Source: Chrysomallon squamiferum (lineage: Eukaryota > Animalia > Mollusca). Taken from it: a DNA stretch of 64,000 nt. The position numbers were made by a program, and so were the translations under genes. The DNA lies in assembly GCA_012295275.1 (NCBI GenBank), contig CM022669.1, positions 7,502,001 through 7,566,000 of the forward strand. Direction: 5' to 3'. Shown here one piece after another: positions 12,951 through 37,947 of the stretch. Positions within the stretch are counted from its first letter, which is position 1; each line of letters opens with the position of its first letter. A model generated the notes under the pieces. That model was not told the origin of the DNA and made no database searches. It saw only the letters and a program-made list of their open reading frames with translations.

Positions 12951-14376
12951 CTATTTGCACCAGTACTTAATTAGCAAAATCCCGTAACTTAGTTTTGAAG
13001 CATAGTAGTACATCTTGGAGTTTTCGAACATAAGGTACGAGGAATTGCCAAACATCGTCACAGCAGTAACCCCAAATGGTGCCTGGGACCATCGCACTTC
13101 GTCTTCCGTCAATGGTTTACTTCCAGTTACGAAATATCTCGCCTCGGTTTCGTTGTAGGTGAGAACGTATACAACGTCGTTTTTGAACACGTTTAATTCT
13201 TGAAGGGTGTCGTCAACGTGTGTAATGTCGTCGAGATTGGAAAAGCCAGAGTAGCTGAAGTAGTCTTGGATTATATTTGCTGGACATGAGACAGACGTAA
13301 ATGTTTCAGAATCTCGACTAAAACATGTCACAGAGCTTCCTAAAAGTAAAATAAATATTTCAATCATTAACTTCTTCATCATCATCATCATTATTATTGC
13401 TCTTTTGCTGTTGTTGCTCACCTTCTTCTCTCTTTCTGTTTTGACTATGCATATTTTATGTCTTTTGGATTTTATTTCGTTCTGATCTGTTCTAAAATAA
13501 ACAATGCTGACAACGATGTGATGTTGACGATGTTGTTGTTGTTGTTGTTGTTTTTTGTTGGGGGGAGGTCGAGGTTGTTTACATGTTCGTGTAATTTATT
13601 AATAAATATTATATATTTAATTACCTGAAATGAGCATTACGTTATTTCCATAATACTGAGAGGCGCCATCTACGAAATCGGTAACGTCTGGGAACATATC
13701 GGACACGACGTAATTATGGTGAGGTCCGCCATAGAGAATATCGTTTTTTTCTTTATAAAATAACTTATAAACCGTTGTCCTGCTAAACACGTACAGCTTC
13801 TCCCAGTCCTTAAAATACAGAGCTGCGGTCGACTCTGTCAGATCGCTAGGTCCGCACTTTATCTGAAACAGAAAATGTAATTTGAGAGGGATGTGATTTA
13901 TCGCTTTTGGAATAAAATACAAATATGGATATTTTAAAACTGTTGTCTGCAAATTGGTTAACTATTAAACTAAAATCTTGTATTTATTATATTATTTATA
14001 TATGAGTGTGTACGTATAAAGCTGTTATCGTGAAAAGTAAAGATGTAATTAGTCTTTTCAGTCTCACCTTTTCATAGTAGTAGGTATCTACTGAAGGAAC
14101 CATCTTTCTCGAGTGTGAGTATCGGGGAAACGTTTGACAAGTGAGTTTACCGTTTTCACGTGAGACTTGGAAAGAAATGCACAAAGGCAGATCAGAACAA
14201 AGTCTCGAACACTGAAGTTTTGACAGAGAACCTTGGAAAGTGCCTCCAACACGTCCATGATTGACCGGTCCATATTGAATGTACCAGTGGGTTCTTTGAT
14301 GTTCTTCACAAACATTTGCAGAAAAACAGAAAAGAAAAAGGAAAAATGAGTGAAGTCCAGATGAAAATAAATTCAT
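12951..14376 (-). CDS. Secreted PAN/apple + hemopexin-like domain protein, copy A (3 exons, 311 aa)
   Basis: Exons 14376-14068 (ATG, MNLFSSGLHSFFLFLFCFSANVC signal; PAN-like CSRLCSDLPLCISF...LTC), 13862-13625 and 13339-12951 (ends YWCK*). All introns are GT-AG with compatible phases 0 and 1, giving 936 nt in frame. Hemopexin-like blade motifs: TAALYF, MFPDVTDFVDGA, LDDITH, WSQAPFGVTAV, with terminal Cys pair IKC...YWC. Confidence 0.85.
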
Positions 14377-15098
14377 GGTCGTTTTCCTTGTAAATGCTAT
14401 TTTATCTAGTTTTTCTCTCCATATATTTGTTTTAGTTCTTTTTCGTCGTTGTTTTTTTATTTTTCCCTTAGTCTCTACGGTTAGTCTCTGCTTTTTTGAA
14501 GCAGAATGGATTCTTAGATTTTTCAAATTGTCGCTGTTTCGACACCATGAAATAATCTAAAGTTCTGTCAATATCTTTAACGAGTTGCAGAGGGCTATCT
14601 GATAGACAGAGTTATTAAGCTTTGTTTTATTTATAACATTTTTTTATGTGTTTATGGTTTTACGACTGGTCGATAATTAGTGTCACACTCAAATTTCAGC
14701 CAGTACTATAGATGTTAATTGTTCGTTCTGCCTGATGTATTAAACTTTGCGAATTCTCTAATATATTTACCACTGATAATCAAATATATGATGCGAGGTG
14801 AGATATTAATTATTAATCAACAACCTCAGTAAAAAAATACATTAGTTTACCTTCATTTGAAACTGATGATGATAAAGATCATGGATCATTTTAATAACAA
14901 ATGGTAGAAGTCATAAAACAACAAAACACAAACAGAATACATGTTTTTCGACCGTTTATATATGATAGTAGTTAAATACGTAGAAATGTTCTTGTCGGCT
15001 TTCAGAAATTTGAGAAATTAACTCAGCACATTTTATGTAAATTATGTTTATTAGATGTGAGACACAAAATGTTTGTTTTATTTTAATTTATTCTATTG

Positions 15099-15160
<62 letters not shown>

Positions 15161-15229
15161 TTTATTATCATCATTATGTTCTTGTTGGTGTTTAAAAATT
15201 AAATTAATAATAATATATATATATATAAA

Positions 15230-15370
15230 TTCTCTTTCATTTTTCCTTCTGTTAAACTACATATATTAAAAAATATAAAAAATATTAATAATATATATAT
15301 AAATATATTATTATTAATCTTTTTTATATTTTTTAATATATGTAGTTTAACAGAAGGAAATGAAAGAGAA
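15230..15370. repeat. Near-perfect local inverted repeat (hairpin, ~60-bp arms)
   Basis: TTCTCTTTCATTTTTCCTTCTGTTAAACTACATATATTAAAAAATATAAAAAA ... TTTTTTATATTTTTTAATATATGTAGTTTAACAGAAGGAAATGAAAGAGAA, with a short AT loop. Confidence 0.85.
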
Positions 15371-16289
15371 ACAGAAGTACAAAAGAGTCAAGAACACGTA
15401 GATAAATCGCAGAGTTTACGAAGAAGAGAGAGACTCAGTTCATTGTTTTCATTATTTCGTATGGAAACGCACAGATTTATGGGTCAAAAAAAGAAAAATT
15501 AAATCAAATAACTCCTGCCTGTACATGATGATCATATATTTTTATTTAGTTAGTTAGTTAGTTATCGAAAAAATTACAGTCAGTAATTTTTTAATAATCA
15601 GAGTAAAATCTGAATATTTAGAAATCACAATGAGCGTTCGAAACTAGTTTTCTAGTTGAATCGTTTTCTTTATTAAAGTCAGATGAATTTTTTTGTTGTT
15701 GTAAATTGCTTGGGACATCAGTGGTGAATTTTCAAGAAAGATATTAAAGGTGGTTACCTATATTTTATAAATATATTACCAAAAAAAAAAAAAAAAAAAA
15801 TGCCCAGGTTGAACTCCATTCAGAATTCATTCAGTCCACATTAGTCATTAATGGATCTCTTTCCGTGAGATATTTCAAACAGTTATTGATTAATTGTATC
15901 TACTCTGTGTGGGTTTTTTTTTTTTTTTTTTATGATGTTCTGCTTTATATATATAAAAAAAAATAATAATTGAAATTTCGTGTCGCTTTTATAATTCAGT
16001 ATATTATTATTACATTTCTGACATAAGAATCTTTTTATTTTTTCGAAGCAGAACGAAGAAAATGAAAGTGAGAAAAATGTCAAGGGCTAAAACAAAAAAA
16101 ATACAAAAAAAAATACAAATAGCAAAAACAGATTTCAAATGCTGATTATGTTTCTTAATTCAGTGAGTCAGTCATTTCAATTTCTCATTATCTGTCATTG
16201 ATCGTTCTCTCAACTGTTTGATACATTAAAACAGTTTTGTGAAAGGCTTTTTAAAATAACATGGTAAATAAAAGTATATAACACTATTA

Positions 16290-16900
16290 AAGCTTACCGT
16301 CAGAAATTATTGTTATGCAGAATCGTTAAACATTACCGCTAAATAATATATCATTATAGACTACATTTATACAGTATCATTACATGTTATCCTTATAGCA
16401 TATCATTATGTATTAATGATACTTTGTATCATTACACACAGCCGTATTATCATACTACATTATCATTATCCAGTATCATTATAATTATATTTTTACCGCT
16501 ATTCAGTTTCATCATGTATGTACCGTTATACAATATTATATGTTACGTACCTTTTATACATCACCACTATAGAGTATCTTTATATATTTTATATCTGTTA
16601 CATAGTATCGTTATATATTAGCGCTACATAGTATATTTTCATATCAGTTACATAGTATTATTATAAATTAATGTTATACAGTATCATTATGTTTTACATA
16701 TAACTGTTACATAGTATCATTCTATATCACCGTTATACAGTGTTATTATATATTAACGTCATCCAGTATCATTATATGTTACCGTTATACAGTATTATCA
16801 TGTATGCAGTATCATTATGTATTAACATTATATAGTATTATTGCACATCAATTACATGGTTGTAATTACATATTAAAGTTATTCAGAAATATTATCAAAT
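16290..16900. repeat. Degenerate ~26-bp minisatellite
   Basis: Recurring TTATACAGTATCATTATATGTTACCG-like units. Confidence 0.65.
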
Positions 16901-18500
16901 GTTAACGAAAATTTACCGTCAAAAATAAATACACAAACAAAACAAACAAAATAAACAGTTACTTTATATCTCTGGTTTTTTTTTTTTCATTGCCGGTTAA
17001 ACAGAATTAAAAGTAAAATGTTTTCCTGTCAATAAGAAAAAGTAAATAATGAGTCATTTCGTCTTGTTTCGTGTCATTAACCTTTTTTTTTTTTTTTTCT
17101 CTTTTTTTTTTTAATGCTCCTTCACGAACAGTTTTTATATCCAGGCCATATTACACTCACATTGCCTTAAATAATGATAATCAATTAAATCTTAGATCGA
17201 TTGGGTAATGAAATGTCATGGGCAGAACGTTAGAGAGTGGCAACAAACACATTCGAAACATGATGTTGGTTATTTATATTTCTATATCGAACACCAAAAT
17301 AGCGTAAGTCGTGCGAAGTGATAAAAATCATTATTTGGTAGTGAAAAGGTAGGAAGTGCAGTAATGAAAAAAAATCAAATTTTGTTGTTATGATTTAATG
17401 TGCCGTTAAGTGTTCTTAATTCAAGCATGTTTCTCTTTTAATATTCCTTGTTGGTTTATATAAATTCATAGACGTTTTATCTGGAATAGGATTGCGATTA
17501 TAATTAGTCACCGAGCAATAACAAAAACATTATCAATTTAAAAAAGATAGATATATAGACTTGCATACGTACATACATACATACATAACTAATATACAGC
17601 TAAACATATATACAGATAGGTAGGCGGGTAGGTAGTTAAATAACTGGATGGACAGATGGTAAGACTGACAGATAAATAAGTTCTTAAACAACCATGTATA
17701 ATTAAGACAAGAATGTTCAACATTTTTGTAAGATCAAATTTATAAGGACTGAGCAATATAATCGACTCAGGAAAATTCATTAATTCACAATATTATACCC
17801 ATGCCCATATCAATAAAGACTATTACGTAATTATCGTAAATATTCTTTATTAGATTTTTTCAGTTTAAAATTTGTTCCAATTAAGATGAGTTTATTTAAC
17901 AAAAGAAAGAAAACGGAGGAAAATCTGGTTTAAAGTAGAAATAATCATAGGTCTGCTACAACAGACAAAATTAGCGACTATTTTTCTAATCAGTTTATAA
18001 ACTTTGAGTTTAACAAATAATATACCATATTTTAATTTTTTAAATGTTTATTATTTGGTTGGATTTTTTTTTTTTGTTGTTTTTTTTTTTTTTTTTTTTT
18101 TCTTCGAAACCTTCCTTAAAACAGTGTAAGAATTCTTCTAAATTAGATGTTAACTTTCTCACTACTGATTTTACCATGGATTTTACGTCTCGATTACCAT
18201 ATCACTAAAATAATTTAAGGGAGACAATTGTAATCAATTTTAAAGTAATCTTAACTGAATTACTTCCCTTTAGCTTTACTAAATGATATGGTATATTTTT
18301 AACATCAAAAAATATTATCGGTTAATATACTTCGGGAGAAAAATATTTTTAAAAAAGATGAAGAGAAAAAAATATTTATATAATTAATTTTAAATGTGAA
18401 AGTTCATCAAAGAGGACTGACTGTTTCTATTATTATTGTTGTTGTTATTCATTTATTTATTTATTGCTATTTAAAGTTTATTTCATTTTTTTTTTCTATT

Positions 18501-18539
<39 letters not shown>

Positions 18540-21500
18540 TTACTGTATGTGTTTAAGAATGTCTGTTTGTTTGAATTCATATTTTGTTTTGTTTTGTTTT
18601 GTTTTTTAATATACTTTTTTTTTTAATAAACGGTATGTAATGTTGTTCCAGATACAACACATCTTTCTAACTGATGAAGCTCCAATATCCCTTGAGTATT
18701 CCTTCAAAACAGATATGTAACAAATTTAAAAACATCACATTTATTAAATATTAAGCTTCGAGAGCTTTGACAGGAATTTATCTTCCATCTTGTGCAAGAA
18801 TTTAATGAGGAATTTTCAACTGAAAAAAAATCGATCTAAGACAAATTAATATTTTCTGTTTTGTTTTTGTTTAATATCTTGCAATAATAAAAGTCACAAA
18901 TACTAAAATATGTTTTATTTCAGCCATATTAAATAATAACGTTTTAAAATTGTGTAAAAATAAATATATTTTTTTTTTTTTTTTTTCTTTTTTACTTGGT
19001 CTTTTTCTTCCCTAAAGAGGAGTAACAATAAAGTCTATGAACAATACTATCATCTTCTAAAAAATGTATTTATTTATTCAGTCATTCATACATTTGTTTA
19101 ATTATTCTTTTTTTTCTTTTCTTTTTGTTTGTTTGTTTGTTTGCTTCTTTGTTTACTTATATATTTATTTATTCATTCATTTATTTAATTATTAAATTGT
19201 TAAATTTTGTTCTTCTTATTTTGGCTTGTTTGTATGTTAGTTTTGTTTTGTTTTTTTTTTTTTTTTTTTTTTTATATATTTGTTTGTTTGTTTATTATAA
19301 TCATTTTATTTAGTTGTTATTTATTTATTTACTTGTTTATTGTTTACTTATTTATTTGTTTGTTTATTTGTTTACTTATTTATTTATTCTTCTTTCTTTT
19401 TCTGTTTCATTTGAAATCTTTCTCAGCAAGCGCTTAATGCTTAATGATGTTGTTATTATATTATTATGATTCTTCTGCCGTTGGAAAACAAATACTAGTC
19501 ATTTATCAACAGGTATAGGTTAAAAACAATTCTTTGTTAAAAACTTTAGGAAAATATCAAAATATTTCCTAATTATAATGTAATATGTCAATTTTCCATT
19601 GCATATTTATTTATCATCATCATCAATAACATCGTATTATTATTATTACTATTGTTATTATTACTATCATTATTATAACTACTACTACTACTACTATTAT
19701 TATTACTATTAATATCATTATTATTACTATTAGTATTACTGTTATTATTATTATTATTACTATTACAATTATTATTATTATTACTGTTACCACTACAACT
19801 ACTACTACTATCATTATTATTATTGTTATTATTGTTGTTGTTATTATTATTATTATTATCATTATTATTATTATTATTATCATTATTATTTAGTGATTAT
19901 ATGAATGAGAAACATTTATAATGGTTAAACAGTTAAGGATCTGTTGCATTTTCCCTCTCATAGACAGGAAAATACATGGCTAGTGATAATCAAACAAAGG
20001 AACTAGATGTAACAGGAAATTGCCGCGAGGAAAGGACTCATTGTTCGACATGAATAGCCTTAACTCCAGTCATTGAAATATACTATAGGAACTTTATCTC
20101 AGACACTAATATACATACATTTTTAAATGTCGACTACAGAATCTATACAGATACTTCATGTTTAAAAAGCCAATCTGAAAACGCAATTAGACACTAATAT
20201 ACATACAGCACAAAGCACTGATTTGTTTGAAGTTTCGTTTTTTGTTTAGCATTGACAATTTCTCAGACGGCGCGCACGTCAAGGGGGAAATCAAGAAAAA
20301 GAAGAGACATAAATCATTTTAGCCTCGAACCGAAGGCGGACTACTCGCGATTCAACCTGACATGAATGAAAAAAGATTATCAAGCGGTCGTGATCAATAT
20401 TTGGATAACTGTGATCCGAACAATTAATCAAGTCAAAGGAATAGCGCATTCACCTCACGAGAAAGGAATTTTTCCGACATTTTCGACGATTCTGAGCCGG
20501 TGCGAGTTTCGTTCGTCTCCATTTTGGGAGATACTTGTTTGTCGTGAACCTTTCGCTTTTTCTTTTGTAGCCCTCGTAAGGAGATTTTTACATTAGGGTC
20601 TTAATTTGCTTGGGGACCTCATCAAATCAACAGGCCGTAAATTATTCATGGCCAATACAAACAGCATGACATTTTTATTCTTGCGGGATAACTCGGCATT
20701 GACGAACGGGCAACCTAGATTTGCTAAATGCCATAACCAATTTGAAAAATGTATTTACTAAGTTTCAGTAAGTGATATGGTGGCTCCATTATGGTCGAGA
20801 TCATGCCATAAAATATAAACGGAAAATAATAGGAAAAACAGACCCCTATTTCAACAACCAAATGTAAAAATTAATATTTCCTTCATTCAAATTTTTCTCG
20901 GTAATACTAATAGTTGTGAGGGAAAATAAAACGCCGAAGATATGTTTCCTATATTGCTTGGTCGTCAGTGTTTGGTGTAGCTCTGACATCCAGGAAAATC
21001 ATTTAATAATAACTTACTCTCAATGAAATAATTGATTTGTTATAATATTGCGAAATAAAAATTTTATTATTCAAATTTAGACAAACTGGCGACGAAATGT
21101 TTCTACAAATAACAGACGTAATTATTTTTTTGTTTTGTTTTGTTTTTGTTTCTTTAATTGTATACAGCTATGTGATTGTTTGAAGTAATATAAATAAAAT
21201 GTTTCAATTTAATCCACGAAAAAAAAATATCAATGAACTCTGTCTCGTCTACTGATAATAATGCTTAATTCATTTTTTTATTATTTTTTTTTTTTTTACC
21301 ATACTACCGTATAATGCTAAAGTTTAGTATGCCAAATATTCCATAATCCGAACGATATTGTTTGAAATTTTGACAATTCCAACCTGATTAGATAAAACGG
21401 TATGAACAAAGAGCCAGCAGAGGCCTGTCACCTGCACTTAGCAGTCGTTATGCAATCGTCTGTTACGCGAACAAGCCTTCGATCAATTGATAATGAAGTT

Positions 21501-24341
21501 GGAACGTAATTAAATACAAAGATGTCAACTCTCACTTTTGTTCCTCTGAGATTGGGGAATTATGAGGGATTACTACTGACAAAGGAAAACAAGAAACGAA
21601 TGATTATTAGATTTTGAAAAAGTTCTGTTGACGTGTAAGTGAACTTTTTTTTTTAATGGCTGGCACATGCCTTGTCTTTGTTATCAAATCATATGAGCAC
21701 TTAACACGTGGATTTACTGTCATTTTGTCTGTTAACTGGAAATTAAACGAGTTGATAATATTGTATCTGTGGCTTACAAACAAAATTTAATATATGCGTA
21801 AAAGTGATTTATTTATATTCAAAGAGTATCTACAGTGACTGAAAATAAATGTACCATATAAATGCTTCTGTAAAATTATTTAACAGACAAACAAACACTG
21901 ATAATTGCTTGTAATTCTTAACTTTAATCTCCAAGACAAAACATTTATTCACACAGGAAACGGAAATAATGTATATTAACGGTGTAGACTGCGCGTGTCC
22001 AGTGAGCAGGTACGTGGTAACAAAACACAACTAAGTTGTAACTAACTTGTAAATGAGAACAAGAGAACTGTGTACGATTAATACAGAAATGAGCTGAACT
22101 GACTGAAAAAAAAAAAAAAAAAAAAAAAGGTATGTCTATCGCAGATGGAAATGAGGAGGGGCGTTAGAGGTTTTACATCATCCTAATAATCTCTGTGTCC
22201 TCAAGTTAGTTATCAGCAGAAGTCAGTATCTATCACTTTTAAGGCCGAAGGTTTAACTGAAGCTGTTGCTCCCCAAAAAAACCCCATCTTGTTAAATTGT
22301 AAATGTTAATTAATTACGAACATCTGTGTTAACAGAAATAATAAATAAATGATAGTCCAAATCTTAACAGAAACAGGAAAAATAAATTATTAAAATTCAA
22401 CCTAACAAAACAACAATGAAACGAGGTATACACAAGACCGACATCCGTTCCATTTCAGGGCATAACATTTAGAAAATTTCTCAAATTTATGTACAGACTG
22501 AGTCCAGTAAGTATCTTAAATATATTTTCATAAGCTTGGGCGTTTTCGAGGTGAGTGATAATGAATATTTCATATGTTATGACACAACTACTGTAATGCG
22601 CTTGATAAAACATATTTTTGATCACATGGATATTTTAGTGATTTCATTTTCTGACGCTTCTTTGAGGAAACTGGTCTGAATTATGAAACCAAATATCTGC
22701 CTGACATAGATTATTATTATTTACAGCAATAAAACAAATATATTTAACACAATGCAGTTAAGTGAGATATGGTATAAATTATGAATGGACAACTAAACAG
22801 ATAATTCATCAAAATGAAACATATATACGATATATGCATTTAACACAAGACAGATAAACATGGAATTAACTATGTATATCATCTTTGGTACTTTCCGGAG
22901 TTTGTATGCGTTCACACACGTATATTTAAAGGCTATACGATAATTCAGAATCAAAGGGTTATAACATAATTAATTATATGATAGTCACAAACCAGACAAA
23001 ACAAGAAATAACTTTAAGTAAGACAAATATGTACAACGCTGTTGTTTATCTGTTACTCTGTTAACGACATGACCTGTCTTGGACAGAATTCTCTGGCAAA
23101 GTCAAAGTATCTTCCCATACGAGGCGTACTTGGACAGTTCTTCGTGGAATATTGCGGCTAATTACTAATCCACATAGAACAACTGATTGCTGTCATGAAT
23201 TACATCAGGATGATAATGTTTGTTTTTGTGTTAGACTTTATTCAAACTCGCAGTTAATTTCCTTATTTATAGTTTCTTCACAGAAACATAACAATTTAGA
23301 ATTCTGAGCATAATAATCAGTAAAATAGATTTTTAATCAGACAGTTCCTTTCACTTTAAGCTGTGTTTGTCGTTCGTCAGACTTTCCAGTTTTCTCACTT
23401 TTATCTTGGTGCCATTAATAGATGAGTAGAGTTCTGACACAGCAGATGTAAATCTGACACTAACACAACATCTTGTATCTAATCTGACACTTTCTCTGCC
23501 TCTCTCATCGTTAGGTGACGTCCGATCCCACAATAAAAAATCAATTTCTACCTTTGTTTAAAGTCATTTGACACTTTAGCCGATGACCTGTCTTCTACAA
23601 ACTGAATGTTTTTCAAATACTGCACTGTTGTAATATATGGTTCACCATGATGAAGTCCATACAATTCTTACTAAATTTAGAAAAACGAGTATCAAATTCT
23701 TGAAAATGGACAACAATATTTTTTTTTTTTTTTTTTTTTTTCTAAAATAAGCCTATCAATCCCCGATATTGCTGATGTACGGTCTGTAAGTCTGTGTTGT
23801 CCTAAAACAATAATTAAAATCAAATTCAGTAACTCTAACTTCAGATGGATTTCTTCCTCAAAAGTTTAAATTTTTGCCTTTTTTTTTTTTTTTCCACTCC
23901 ATAAGCGTACGTAAATCAAATAGAACGACATAAAAATAACATGTATGTGTATCTTTATCTTGATACATGATTTTGGTATCAGAGCCACTGTCAGACGTAA
24001 TCTAAAATTACTAAGCACCACTTAAGAATCTTCCTTGCAGAAAGACGTCAGACAGAATTTCGGTTCGGTTATTCCCTTTGAAAACATCAATTCAGTTCCT
24101 CTTACAATCGAATTCGGCTCTTAAACAGTCCTATTGTCTATTAAACTTTCAGATACCTGTAGCTCGGGGCATCCTCAAGTCTCAGTCCGGTTCTGTTTCC
24201 TTTGTTTTAAAATTCAGTAGTTCACATTTTAAAATCGATGGTCGTTGATGATCATATTTCATGCTTTTATATATATATATATATATATATTTTTACTTTT
24301 ATAGTTATATATACATATATAATTTGCTACAGTTTTTATCT

Positions 24342-36636
<12,295 letters not shown>

Positions 36637-36750
36637 GTGGAGGCGGATGTGACGTCAGTTATCACTTTACAAAAATCATCTGCAAAATATCAGTCTAGCA
36701 TCTTTGTAGAGTGTGTTTGAGAGATCCATACATATAATCTGAAATAACAA

Positions 36751-36842
<92 letters not shown>

Positions 36843-37868
36843 ATAAAGGTTAAAATATTAAACAATAAAGATACATACAAAACAAAAAACAAAAGCATAA
36901 AAACACATCTACACACCAGTTCATGCATTGAAAAACTTATAATTACTGTCGATCTTTTTATGAATACTACAAAGACGATAAATATGATAGGAGAAATAGC
37001 TAAGATTTTAGAAATATTGTTAATAAAATATTGTTAATAGAATATTGTTAATAAAATATATTCCAGTATAAGTAGTTGTAATATATAGATTTATATCTTT
37101 TTTGTGTTTTAGTACTAGTTTCATACAGAAAATACACGTCTAAAATTCACTGGTTATATCGAAACAACAGAAATTAGCTGTGGAGTCCGATATACTGAAA
37201 TAAAACAAATTCGACTGAGAGAGTAAAACATCTCTCGGATTTATCGAACTTATTAACCCTGATAAGCAATCTATATTTTAGTATATTCAGAGACTCTAAG
37301 AGTGAAGCTATTACAGTTGAAATGCACGCTAATATTTATAAAGTAGTTTGTTTAAAAAAACAAGTATTTATTACACGTATTTCCTACGACACTGCGACTC
37401 TTTACTCGCGTGATGGTGTATTAAACATATTAAAATAAAATAAAATTTACGTAATAAAAAGAAAGGGGGTTTTTCGTTTCTTTTTATTAAATAATGACTT
37501 ACATATGTTAGTGTGGACATTTGTGGTACCCGAGAGACCTTTTTGAAGTGCTGCTTTTAATACACTCAGGGTACTTGTCATAAACGATAAGAGAAATGTT
37601 CTGTTTAGACCACTAAGTGAAATAACGCACACTACTGGAAAAGAATAATTGATGAATAAAACATGATAATCGTTCTCTGGCGTGATTAACTATCGTATCG
37701 GTGGTGCGATCTATCACTGATACGTTGTCACGTGGTTGACGTGCAAGTGATAATGATTGCTAGGTGCGAGCACGTTTTCTGATTCGCTCCTTCATTCTGT
37801 CATATCGTGTTGATTCTGTCACATCTTGTTGATTCTTTTTATTCAGTCTGATATGTTAAAAAGATGTA

Positions 37869-37947
<79 letters not shown>

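Larger units (their letters stand above)
1..14400. repeat. Tandem segmental duplication units (about 2.6-5.7 kb ATG to ATG) carrying the PAN-hemopexin genes
   Basis: Non-coding spacers are also homologous: ~1470-4100 aligns with ~9750-12750, and ~7340-8380 aligns with ~11860-12950. Confidence 0.9.

Noticed and set aside
14377-14526. Basic 50-aa N-terminal extension on copy A (ORF 13996-14526)
   Set aside because: It starts at TTG rather than ATG and is absent from the paralogs. The ATG at 14376 aligns with their starts and precedes the signal peptide.
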